Origin: Enterobacteriaceae endosymbiont of Donacia provostii
GTDB lineage: Bacteria; Pseudomonadota; Gammaproteobacteria; Enterobacterales; Enterobacteriaceae
Direction: 5' to 3'
Length of the DNA stretch: 32,000 nucleotides
NCBI RefSeq assembly: GCF_012570145.1
Contig: NZ_CP046206.1
Coordinates: forward strand, 361,794 to 393,793
Within the stretch, counting starts at the first letter, position 1. The number at the start of each line of letters is the position of its first letter. The position numbers and the translations under genes were made by a program. Positions 11,007-20,671 of the stretch are shown piece after piece. The notes under the pieces are model-generated. The model was not told the origin of the DNA and ran no database searches. It saw only the letters and a list, made by a program, of their open reading frames with translations.

Positions 11007-12286
11007 TAGCTAATAATTCCATCTTTAAATTCATCTAGAAAATATTTTAACGCACTATTTAAGGGTTCCATTGCACCAGGTGCATGAGCACAAAAAGAAC
11101 CCCCATTAATTAATTGATTGCTTATATCTTTAAGAAGATAAATATCCTTAATAGATCCTTTTTTTTTTTCTAAATTATTTAATATTTTAACAATCCAGGG
11201 TAATCCTTCTCTACAGGGAGTGCAAAAACCACAAGATTCTCTAGCAAAAAATATTTCTAAATTTTTTATTATAGATATAATACTTATACTTGTATCAACT
11301 GCAATAGATATACCAGTTCCTAATCTACTCCCTGCTTTACTAATATTTATAAAATCCATTGGTAAGTCTAAATGATCTTTTGTTAAGAAACCTGTTCCTG
11401 CTCCACCTGGTTGCCAAGCTTTGAAAAAAAATCCTTTTTTCATACCACCTGCATATTTTTCAAAAATTAAACGTGCAGGAATACCAAGTGGTAACTCCCA
11501 TAATCCAGGATTTTTTACATTTCCTGAAAAACCTAACATTTTTGTACCACTATCATATAGACTTTGAGATATATTACGATACCATTTTGGACCATATTTT
11601 ATGATATAAGGTATATTAACAATAGTTTCAACATTATTAATACATGTAGGTTTACCCCACAATCCAACTATTGCAGGATATGGAGGTTTAAAACGTGGGT
11701 TAGGACGTTTTCCTTCTATAGAATTAATTAAAGCTGTTTCTTCTCCACATATATATCTTCCAGCTCCTATATGGAGATATAAATCAAAATTAAAATTACT
11801 ATTTAATATATTTTTACCTAAAAATTTAGATTGATATAATTCTTTTATAGCTATATTTAAAATTTTTGCACAATTTATATATTCTCCTCTTAAAAAAATA
11901 TATCCTTTATTAGCTTGTATTGCAAAAGCACTTATTATAATTCCTTCTATTAGTTGATGTGGGATATGTTCTATTAAAAAACGATCTTTATATGTTCCTG
12001 GTTCCATTTCATCAGCATTACATAAAAAATATCTAATTTCATTATTACTTTTTTTTGGAGGAATTAAACTCCATTTTAATCCAGTATAAAACCCCCCCCC
12101 TCCTCTTCCTCTTAACTTAGACTTTTTTACAGTATTAATTATATCTTGTGGTGTATTTTTTATTAAAATATTTTTTAAAGTTGTATAACCATCTTTTTTT
12201 ATATATTTTTTTAAAAACAATGTTTTATTTTTTTTAATTCGCCATGTTAAAGGATGTGTTTCTGGATTGGGTTTTTTTATTTTCAT
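11006..12286 (-). CDS. nuoF: NADH-quinone oxidoreductase subunit F (FMN/NADH-binding)
   Basis: 426 aa. N-terminus PETHPLTWR matches E. coli NuoF. The FMN glycine loop LRGRGGGGFYTGLKW and the 4Fe-4S motif ESCGFCTPCREG are present. Confidence 0.96.
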   Translation of the reverse strand: MKIKKPNPETHPLTWRIKKNKTLFLKKYIKKDGYTTLKNILIKNTPQDIINTVKKSKLRGRGGGGFYTGLKWSLIPPKKSNNEIRYFLCNADEMEPGTYKDRFLIEHIPHQLIEGIIISAFAIQANKGYIFLRGEYINCAKILNIAIKELYQSKFLGKNILNSNFNFDLYLHIGAGRYICGEETALINSIEGKRPNPRFKPPYPAIVGLWGKPTCINNVETIVNIPYIIKYGPKWYRNISQSLYDSGTKMLGFSGNVKNPGLWELPLGIPARLIFEKYAGGMKKGFFFKAWQPGGAGTGFLTKDHLDLPMDFINISKAGSRLGTGISIAVDTSISIISIIKNLEIFFARESCGFCTPCREGLPWIVKILNNLEKKKGSIKDIYLLKDISNQLINGGSFCAHAPGAMEPLNSALKYFLDEFKDGIIS

Positions 12287-12779
12287 GAATATAATTATCC
12301 AATATTTGATCTATATCATTAATAGATAATGAAGTATAAATTTTTTCGTTTATCATTATAACAGGACTATTTTCACAGTGTCCTAAACAACATATAGGTA
12401 TTAAAGTAAATAATTTATCAGAAGTAGTTTCTCCTGATTTAATTTTTAGTTTTTTTTCAATATGTTTTAAAATAATTTTATATTTTGTTATATAACAAAC
12501 AATACTGTCACAATACTTAATAACATATTTACCTACTGGTGATCGAAAAATTTGACTATAAAATGTTGCTATACTATCAATTTCTGATGGATTAATTTTT
12601 AAAAAATTAGAAATATTAGTAATAATATTATCAGATATCCATCCGTATTTTTTTTGAAAAAATATTAATATTTCAAGAATAGCTGCTTGATTACATTCAT
12701 AATTATTTATTATATTATTAATAATTAAATAATCTTTTTTTTTTAAATATAAATTTTTATTATGATTTTTATTTTTCAT
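12234..12779 (-). CDS. nuoE: NADH-quinone oxidoreductase subunit E (2Fe-2S)
   Basis: 181 aa with cysteine pairs YCDSIVC and CCLGHCENSP. The 3' end overlaps nuoF by 53 nt in a different frame. Confidence 0.93.
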   Translation of the reverse strand: MKNKNHNKNLYLKKKDYLIINNIINNYECNQAAILEILIFFQKKYGWISDNIITNISNFLKINPSEIDSIATFYSQIFRSPVGKYVIKYCDSIVCYITKYKIILKHIEKKLKIKSGETTSDKLFTLIPICCLGHCENSPVIMINEKIYTSLSINDIDQILDNYIHENKKTQSRNTSFNMAN

Positions 12780-12788
12780 GATATTATT

Positions 12789-14612
12789 TTAACGGTCTAC
12801 ATCAGACATAACAAAATCAATACTTCCTAAATAAGCAATTAAATCAGATATTAAACTACCACAAATAACAGATGGTATTTGTTGTAAATGAGGAAAACTA
12901 GGTGTTCTTATTCTAGTACGATAACTATTTATATTACCATCACTAATTAAATAATAACTATTAACTCCTTTAGTAGCTTCAATCATTTGAAACGATTCAT
13001 TTGCAGGTATTAAAGGTCCCCATGAAACTTGTATGAAATGATTAATTAAACTTTCTATATTATATAATACTTTTGTTCTAATAGGAGGAGTTGTTAAAGG
13101 ATGATTAACCTTATATGCTCCTTCAGGCATATAATTTAAACATTGTTTTATAATATTTAAACTTTGCCAAATTTCTTCTAATTTTAATAATATTCGAGAA
13201 TAACAATCACTAATATTACTAGTAGGAATATCAAAATCAAAATTTTCATATCCTGAATAAGGACGCCATTTTCTAATATCAAAATTTAATCCAGTAGCTC
13301 GTAATCCTGTACCAGTTACTCCCCAAGATATTGCTTCTTCTTTAGAATAAACAGCTATATTTTTAGTTCTTGATATTAAAATACTATTTTGTAAAGCTAC
13401 TTTTTGATATATAAGTAATCTTTTAGGTAACCAAATAAGTAATTTTTTAATTAAAATATTCCATCCTTTAGGTAAATCTTGAGCTAACCCTCCTATTCTA
13501 AACCAGGCAGGATGCATTCTTGCACCAGTAATAGCTTCAATTATATCATATATTTTTTGTCTATCTGTAAAAGCTAAAAATACAGGAGTCATTGCTCCTA
13601 TATCTTGTATAAAAGTTGATATACATAATAAATGACTATTAATACGAAATAATTCAGATAACATTATTCTAATTACTTTTATTCTATCTGTAACAATAAT
13701 ATTGGCTAATTTTTCTATTGCTAGAATATAAGGCATTTCATTTATACATCCTCCTAAATATTCAATTCTATCTGTATAAGGTATATACGTATGCCATGTT
13801 TGTCTTTCAGCTATTTTTTCAGCTCCTCTATGATGATAACCAATTTCTGGTATACATTGTATAATTTCTTCTCCTAATAATTGTAAAATAATTCTAAAAG
13901 CACCATGTACGGAAGGATGATTAGGTCCTAAATTAAGATACATGTAGTCATTACAATTATTATTTTTAGATATATTAAAATCTTTTGGAAAAAATTTTGT
14001 TGCTTTAATATCTTGTTTATATTTTTCTTTTGTTAAAATATAAGAAGGTAAATCAGTAGCTCTAGAAGGAAAATCTTTTCGTAATGGGTAGCCATTATTC
14101 CAATTTTTAGGTAATAAAATATGTGATAAACCAGGATGATTAATAAAATTTATTCCAAACATTTCCCATATTTCTCTTTCATACCAATTAGCATTTTTAA
14201 AAATTTCTGTAATACTATTAATATATAATTTATTTTTTTTAAGAGGAATTTTTATAATAATATCTGAATTTCTATTAATAGAAATTAAATGATAAAATAA
14301 AGAAAAATCCATTTTTTTCATTAAATAAAATTTATTTAAATGTAATCTTTCATCAATACCATGCATATCATATAACATGTTATATGGATTAATAATTATT
14401 TTTGTAAAAAAATTTATAAATTTTATTAAATCACTAGATTTTATCCAAATAACTAATGGCATTTTTATATTAAAACTATTTTGTATAATAAAATCTTTAA
14501 AAGAAAAATGATTATTTAATTCATCTATTACAGGTTCTATTTTCTTTTTAGAAAAAGATTTATTATGTTTATCTCCTATTTGATCAACTTTTTTATTAAA
14601 AATATTATTCAT
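12789..14612 (-). CDS. nuoC: NADH-quinone oxidoreductase fused subunit C/D
   Basis: 607-aa single ORF covering both the NuoC part ([15 protein letters not shown]) and the NuoD part ([15 protein letters not shown], and the C-terminus [12 protein letters not shown]). The fusion is as in E. coli. Confidence 0.96.
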   Translation of the reverse strand: MNNIFNKKVDQIGDKHNKSFSKKKIEPVIDELNNHFSFKDFIIQNSFNIKMPLVIWIKSSDLIKFINFFTKIIINPYNMLYDMHGIDERLHLNKFYLMKKMDFSLFYHLISINRNSDIIIKIPLKKNKLYINSITEIFKNANWYEREIWEMFGINFINHPGLSHILLPKNWNNGYPLRKDFPSRATDLPSYILTKEKYKQDIKATKFFPKDFNISKNNNCNDYMYLNLGPNHPSVHGAFRIILQLLGEEIIQCIPEIGYHHRGAEKIAERQTWHTYIPYTDRIEYLGGCINEMPYILAIEKLANIIVTDRIKVIRIMLSELFRINSHLLCISTFIQDIGAMTPVFLAFTDRQKIYDIIEAITGARMHPAWFRIGGLAQDLPKGWNILIKKLLIWLPKRLLIYQKVALQNSILISRTKNIAVYSKEEAISWGVTGTGLRATGLNFDIRKWRPYSGYENFDFDIPTSNISDCYSRILLKLEEIWQSLNIIKQCLNYMPEGAYKVNHPLTTPPIRTKVLYNIESLINHFIQVSWGPLIPANESFQMIEATKGVNSYYLISDGNINSYRTRIRTPSFPHLQQIPSVICGSLISDLIAYLGSIDFVMSDVDR

Positions 14613-14631
14613 AAATAGATATCCATAAATA

Positions 14632-15294
14632 TTATATATTTTTTGGTGATTTAAATTTAATATTTTTACTATAAAAATTTTTATTAGGTGATTTCATTTT
14701 AGCCTTATAAATACCTTGTTCTCCTATTACCCATGATAATGGTCGTCTTTCATAATTAATTAATTTTTGTAGTAATAATAAAGCTTGTATATATGATTCT
14801 GGTCTAGGAGGACATCCAGGAATATAAATGTCTACAGGTAAAAAAGTATCTACTCCCTGAACTACAGAATATATATCATACATTCCCCCAGAATTTGCAC
14901 AAGATCCCATAGAAATTACCCATTTTGGTTCTAACATTTGATCATATAATCTTTGTATGATAGGAGCCATTTTTAAAAAACATGTACCTGCTACTACCAT
15001 AAAATCAGCTTGTCTTGGAGATGCACGTAAAACTTCTGAACCAAAACGTGAAATATCATTAATTGATGTAAATGATGTTGTCATTTCTACGTAACAACAT
15101 GATAATCCAAAATTATAAGGCCATAATGAATTTTTTCTTCCCCAATTAATAATTTTATGAGTAATTTTTTTTAAATTACCTAAAAAAATATTTTTATTAA
15201 CTTGTTCATTTAATGGATCATGACTAATGTATTTTTCCTCTTTAAGAGGATATTTTTTTTTATTATTTTTATATTTACTAAATATATATTTCAT
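14632..15294 (-). CDS. nuoB: NADH-quinone oxidoreductase subunit B
   Basis: 220 aa with N2-cluster motifs [19 protein letters not shown] and GCPPRPE. Confidence 0.96.
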   Translation of the reverse strand: MKYIFSKYKNNKKKYPLKEEKYISHDPLNEQVNKNIFLGNLKKITHKIINWGRKNSLWPYNFGLSCCYVEMTTSFTSINDISRFGSEVLRASPRQADFMVVAGTCFLKMAPIIQRLYDQMLEPKWVISMGSCANSGGMYDIYSVVQGVDTFLPVDIYIPGCPPRPESYIQALLLLQKLINYERRPLSWVIGEQGIYKAKMKSPNKNFYSKNIKFKSPKNI

Positions 15295-15317
15295 ATTATG
15301 TATTTATTATTTAAATA

Positions 15318-15704
15318 TTATTGAATATTTTTACGTTTCCAATTTAATATATTGGTTTTTAATATATAAAATAAAGTAATTAAAATAGTAACAATAAATA
15401 AAATTCCTTCAATAAAACCTTCTAATTCTATTTTCTTTATAGAAAGTGACCATAAATATAAATATAAAGATTCAATATCAAAAATAATAAAAAATATTGC
15501 TATTAAATAAAAATTAATATGTATTTTAATTTGTGAATTTTTATAAGACATTACACCTGATTCAAATGGTATTTGTTTATCTAAATTAGATGAACGTTCT
15601 CCTAAAAATAATGAAATTAATATCATTATACAACTAATACAAATAGCAAATATTTGAAATAAAACAAAATATTTATGGTCATTCATTATTGTATTTATTA
15701 ACAT
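15318..15704 (-). CDS. nuoA: NADH-quinone oxidoreductase subunit A
   Basis: 128 aa, ND3-like, with PFESG and FIIFDIESLYLY. It is the first gene of the nuo array. The true start could be Met1 or Met7. Confidence 0.92.
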   Translation of the reverse strand: MLINTIMNDHKYFVLFQIFAICISCIMILISLFLGERSSNLDKQIPFESGVMSYKNSQIKIHINFYLIAIFFIIFDIESLYLYLWSLSIKKIELEGFIEGILFIVTILITLFYILKTNILNWKRKNIQ

Positions 15705-15734
15705 GATTATATTCTTTATATAAAAACATATAGT

Positions 15735-17042
15735 TTAATTTACATAATTTTGCATTAAAAATTTTTTTAAAACTAAAAAATTATTCGGTAATTTATAAGA
15801 TAAATTTGTTTTTTCTATACAATTAATTAAAATTTCAGGTAATAATATTTTTTTATGCAAAGTATTATTAATATAATTTTGAAATTTTGCTGGATGAGCT
15901 GTTCCAAGAAATATATTAAAAGTATCTTTTTCTAAAATATATTTTTGTAATACATTAAAACTTACAGCTGTATGTGGTTCTAAAATATATTGATATTGAT
16001 TGAACATATTTATTGTTGTTTGCATGGTTTCTAAATCTGTTACAGATTTATATTTTAATAAATTTAAATTCCAATTATTTATTTTAAAAATTTCTTGAAT
16101 TCTAGACCAATTATTCGGAATACTTACATCCATTGCATTAGATAATGTATGTATAGTTTTTTTAGGTTCCCAAATTCCTGTTTTTAAATATCTAGGAATT
16201 GTATCATTAATATTAGTTGCTATTATAAATTTATTTATTGGTAAACCCATAATTTTTGCTATTAAACCAGCAGTTAAATTACCAAAATTTCCACTAGGAA
16301 CTGATATATTTATTTTTTTTTTTCTTTGACTTATAGGTATTTGATTAAATGCTTCAAAATAATAACATATTTGTGCAATTAATCTACTAATATTTATTGA
16401 ATTAGCTGAATTTAAATTTAAGTTTGTTCGTAATTCTATATCTTCAAAAGATTTTTTAATAAGTTTTTGACAATCATCAAAATTACCTTTAATAGCAATA
16501 GTTTTTATATTATTACCTAATGTACAAAATAATTTTTCTTGTAAAAGAGAAATTTTTTTATATGGATATAATATTACTACTTCAATATCTTTAATATTAT
16601 AAAATGCATGAGCAACAGCTGCACCTGTATCTCCAGAAGTAGCAGTTAAAATAACAATTTTCTTTTTTTGTTTTTGATTAAAAAATTTTAGCATTTGTAC
16701 CATAAAACGTACACCAAAATCTTTAAAAGCTAAAGTAGGACCATGAAACAATTCTAAACAAGCAATATTATTATCAATAACTTTTAATATTAAAGGAAAA
16801 TTAAATGCTTGTTGTATTTTTTTTCGTAAGATATCTGATCTTATTTCATTTTCTAAAAAATATGAAAGAATATAATGACTTCTATCTATAAAATTTAAAT
16901 TTAATATATTTTGAACTGTTTTATTATTTAATTTAGGTAGATATTCTGGAAAGAATAAACCTTTATTAATACCTAATCCTTGTTTTAAAACTTGACTAAA
17001 AGTTTTTTTTTCTCTTTTATCATGAATATTATAGAATTTCAT
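15735..17042 (-). CDS. thrC: threonine synthase
   Basis: 435 aa with the PLP-lysine region GPTLAFKDFG. It overlaps thrB by 4 nt and is third in the thrA-B-C order. Confidence 0.95.
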   Translation of the reverse strand: MKFYNIHDKREKKTFSQVLKQGLGINKGLFFPEYLPKLNNKTVQNILNLNFIDRSHYILSYFLENEIRSDILRKKIQQAFNFPLILKVIDNNIACLELFHGPTLAFKDFGVRFMVQMLKFFNQKQKKKIVILTATSGDTGAAVAHAFYNIKDIEVVILYPYKKISLLQEKLFCTLGNNIKTIAIKGNFDDCQKLIKKSFEDIELRTNLNLNSANSINISRLIAQICYYFEAFNQIPISQRKKKINISVPSGNFGNLTAGLIAKIMGLPINKFIIATNINDTIPRYLKTGIWEPKKTIHTLSNAMDVSIPNNWSRIQEIFKINNWNLNLLKYKSVTDLETMQTTINMFNQYQYILEPHTAVSFNVLQKYILEKDTFNIFLGTAHPAKFQNYINNTLHKKILLPEILINCIEKTNLSYKLPNNFLVLKKFLMQNYVN

Positions 17043-17980
17043 TTGTTCTCCATAATTTTTGTACCTATGTTATTTATTTTACATATATGAACAAAACCTG
17101 TTTTATTTTTTAAATAATTCTTTTTTAACCAATTAACCATATTATATGCAATATTTAAATTATTAAAAATACTAAATATCGTAGGTCCTGATCCTGAAAT
17201 ACCATAACTTAAAGCACCTAATTTTTTTGCTGTATAAGAAATTTTATCAAAATTTTGTATTAATAATTTTCTATATGGTTCAGCTATAAAATCTTTCATC
17301 AATTTTGCTGCTAAAAATTCATTTTTAGTGTATATAGCATTAATAAATCCAGCTAAATATTGGTTTTGTTTAATTAAAATTTCTTTTTTATATAATTTTG
17401 GTAAAACTTTTCTAGAATTAAATGTAGATAATTTTATACCAGGATATGCAATTACCCAAAACCAATTTTTAAAAATTGGTAAATCTTGAATAATTACATT
17501 ATTTTTATTGATAATTAATATTAATTTCATACCTCCTAATAAACATGGTACTATATTATCATAGTGTATTTTACCAGATAAAAATCCTTCTAATTCACCC
17601 ATTAGCTTTATTAAAGCTAAATCATTTAATGGATTATCAAAAAATAAATTTATTGCTTTTAAACAAGCAACAATAGAGCATGCGCTAGATCCTAATCCTG
17701 AAGCTACAGGGATATTTTTTTCTAAAATTATTTTAACAGGAATTCTTTTACCAATATTATCACAAAATTTTATCCAACAATTAAAAATAATATTTTCATA
17801 TTTATTTTTTGGTAAATCATTGTAAAATAATCCTGTATTTATTAATTGAAATTTTTTAGAATTAGAAATAGTTATAAAATCTCCTAAAATTCCTCCATCT
17901 ATTCTAGATAATGATACTCCTAATGTATCAAAACCTACATTGATATTGCCAATCGAGGCAGGAGAATAAACTTTTATCAT
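17039..17980 (-). CDS. thrB: homoserine kinase
   Basis: 313 aa with the GHMP-kinase motif PVASGLGSSACS, located between thrA and thrC. Confidence 0.95.
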   Translation of the reverse strand: MIKVYSPASIGNINVGFDTLGVSLSRIDGGILGDFITISNSKKFQLINTGLFYNDLPKNKYENIIFNCWIKFCDNIGKRIPVKIILEKNIPVASGLGSSACSIVACLKAINLFFDNPLNDLALIKLMGELEGFLSGKIHYDNIVPCLLGGMKLILIINKNNVIIQDLPIFKNWFWVIAYPGIKLSTFNSRKVLPKLYKKEILIKQNQYLAGFINAIYTKNEFLAAKLMKDFIAEPYRKLLIQNFDKISYTAKKLGALSYGISGSGPTIFSIFNNLNIAYNMVNWLKKNYLKNKTGFVHICKINNIGTKIMENK

Positions 17981-17998
17981 AAATAATTCCTTATTTTT

Positions 17999-20455
17999 TT
18001 ATTTCAAAATATGCAATAAATCAGTTAATACCCCCGCTGCAGTAACATTATTACCAGCACCATATCCTCTAAGTACTAAAGGATAAGGTTGATAATAATT
18101 AGTATAAAAAGCAAAAGAATTTTCTCCATTTTTAATATTAAAAAACGGATGATTATTATTAATTTTAATAATTTCTACTTTACATATACCTTTATCACTT
18201 ATGCTTCCTATATAACGTAAAACTTGATGATTTTTTTTTGCATTTTGAATTTTTTCCATATATATTTGATCTATTTCTGATAAAGAGTAAAAAAATTCTT
18301 TAATAGAATTATTTTTATTTAATTTACTAGGTATAACAGATTCAATAATAATATCTTTTAATTCTATTTGAAAACCAATTTCTCTAGCTAATATAAGTAA
18401 TTTTCTAGCTACATCAATACCAGTAAGATCTATACGGGGATCTGGTTCTGTAAAACCCATTTCTTGGGCCATTATTATGGATTTAGATAAAATCATTCCT
18501 TCTTCTAATTTACCAAAAATAAATGATAATGATCCAGATAAAATTCCAATAAATTTTTTAATTTGATCACCTGTTTTTAATAAATTTTTTAAAGTATTAA
18601 TAACTGGTAAACCAGCACCAACATTTGTTTCATATAAAAATTTTAAATTTAATTTACTTGATATTAAACGTATATCATTATAGTATTTTATACTGGAAGA
18701 ATTTGCTTTTTTATTGACAGCAATTATATTTAAACCAGAGTTTAAAAAATTAATATATTGATCTGCAATTTCTTGAGAGGAAGTACAATCAATGATAACT
18801 GGATTAATTAATTTATGTTTTTTAATATTTTGTAATAAATATTTTATTTGATTATTTTTTGAAATATTATATTTGATTTTTTTTTGCCAATTTTTTATAT
18901 TAATTCCATTAAAATCTATTAATGAATACTTTGTATTTAAAATAGTATAAATCTTTAAAAAAATATTTTTTTTTTTAAAAAAATCTATGTTATTATTAAT
19001 TTGTTGTAACAAGGTACTTCCAATACCTCCAGTACCTATAATAAAAATTTCTAATATTTTACTTTTATGAAATAAAATTTCATGTGCTATTTTTATAATC
19101 CGATTTGTATTATATTTATCTATAGCAACAGTAATATAATTTTGAAATATATTTTGTGATATACCAATAATATTTGTTTTTGTTATTTTAAATATTTGTA
19201 AAAAATTAGAAATTATATTTTTAGAATAATTAATATTATTAAAAATTAAAGTAATCAATGATAAATTTTTAATAATTTTTATTGGTTTAATATAATTGAA
19301 TTTAAATTCTAAATAAAATTTTTCTTCTAATATAGATTTTAGATTATCTATATTTTTATCCATTAAAAATAAATTAATATTACAATCTTCAGATGATTGA
19401 GTAATAAAATTAATAGGTATTTTAGATTGAAATATAATAAATAATATTCTTGATATTATATTTTTCATATATTTATTCTGATTACCAAAAATATTTAACA
19501 TTGACATATTTTTTAATTCAGTAATACCTTTGATTTTTGGTAATAAATGTTGATTTATATTAAAATGATTAATTAAAGTTCCATTATTTTTAATATCCAT
19601 GATATTTTTTATAACACAAGGAATATTTTGTTTTAACATAGGTAATAATGTTTTATAATGAATTACTTTAGCTCCAAAATATGATAAATTTATTGCTTCT
19701 TGATAACTAATAAATTTTAATAATTGTGTATTAGATATAATATTAGGATCTGCAGTATAAATACCATTAACGTCTGTCCAAATTTCACAACAATTAGCTT
19801 TTAAACAAACAGATAATATTGCAGCAGAATAATCTGAACCATTTCTACCTAATAGAACAGTCTCTTTATTTTTATTAACAGCAGAAAATCCAGGCATTAA
19901 GATTAAATTAATATTAGATAAATTAATTTTTTTAATATTTTGATAAGTTTTATTAATATCCACAGTAGATTCTAAATAATTACCATAAGCTAATAAATAT
20001 TTTTTTGGATAAATAATATATATTTTATACTTTTTTATTATTAATAAAGATTCTAATAAAATAATAGAAAAATTTTCTCCTTGTGATAAAATTTTTGCCT
20101 TAATTATATCTGGACAATAATTAATATATTTAATACCATTTAACAAATTTTTTATTTTTGATAAAATTTTATTTATTTTACCATTTAAAATGGTCATATT
20201 TATATCATTATTTTTTTTTTTTAAATTATTAACTAAATCTATAAAAAAATTTTTTATGTATATAAAATCTTTTTTATAATTTTTTTTTTCTAAAATTTTA
20301 TTAATCATTAATTCTAAATTATTTGTAATATTTGCAGGAGCAGATAAGACAACAGCTATTTTTTCTTTTTTCAAATAATTTTTAACTATATTTGATACTA
20401 ATAAAAATTTTTCTGCATTCTGTAATGAAGTACCGCCAAATTTTAATACTTTCAT
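17999..20455 (-). CDS. thrA: bifunctional aspartokinase I / homoserine dehydrogenase I
   Basis: 818 aa. It has the aspartokinase N-terminus MKVLKFGGTSL and a homoserine-dehydrogenase half with an intact Rossmann loop IIGTGGIGS. Confidence 0.96.
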   Translation of the reverse strand: MKVLKFGGTSLQNAEKFLLVSNIVKNYLKKEKIAVVLSAPANITNNLELMINKILEKKNYKKDFIYIKNFFIDLVNNLKKKNNDINMTILNGKINKILSKIKNLLNGIKYINYCPDIIKAKILSQGENFSIILLESLLIIKKYKIYIIYPKKYLLAYGNYLESTVDINKTYQNIKKINLSNINLILMPGFSAVNKNKETVLLGRNGSDYSAAILSVCLKANCCEIWTDVNGIYTADPNIISNTQLLKFISYQEAINLSYFGAKVIHYKTLLPMLKQNIPCVIKNIMDIKNNGTLINHFNINQHLLPKIKGITELKNMSMLNIFGNQNKYMKNIISRILFIIFQSKIPINFITQSSEDCNINLFLMDKNIDNLKSILEEKFYLEFKFNYIKPIKIIKNLSLITLIFNNINYSKNIISNFLQIFKITKTNIIGISQNIFQNYITVAIDKYNTNRIIKIAHEILFHKSKILEIFIIGTGGIGSTLLQQINNNIDFFKKKNIFLKIYTILNTKYSLIDFNGINIKNWQKKIKYNISKNNQIKYLLQNIKKHKLINPVIIDCTSSQEIADQYINFLNSGLNIIAVNKKANSSSIKYYNDIRLISSKLNLKFLYETNVGAGLPVINTLKNLLKTGDQIKKFIGILSGSLSFIFGKLEEGMILSKSIIMAQEMGFTEPDPRIDLTGIDVARKLLILAREIGFQIELKDIIIESVIPSKLNKNNSIKEFFYSLSEIDQIYMEKIQNAKKNHQVLRYIGSISDKGICKVEIIKINNNHPFFNIKNGENSFAFYTNYYQPYPLVLRGYGAGNNVTAAGVLTDLLHILK

Positions 20456-20671
20456 ATTATTAAACCTACATAAAATTTTAAAATATAAAAATATGAATAA
20501 TTATATATTTTTAATTTTTATAAAATAAATATATATTAATATAATCATTATTAAAATTAAAATATTTAATTTATTTATTTTATATAAATAATTATTTATA
20601 ATGAATTTATTTTTAAAATAAATAATGTTTTTTAAATATTTAAATAATTAAAAATTTGTTAAAATAAAATT

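Noticed and set aside
20456-20671. Search for a thrL leader peptide or attenuator upstream of thrA.
   Set aside because: The 216-bp spacer has almost no G on the plus strand, so no run of Thr (ACN) codons can exist on the minus strand. I found no leader ORF or alternative hairpins, so the attenuator appears to be absent.
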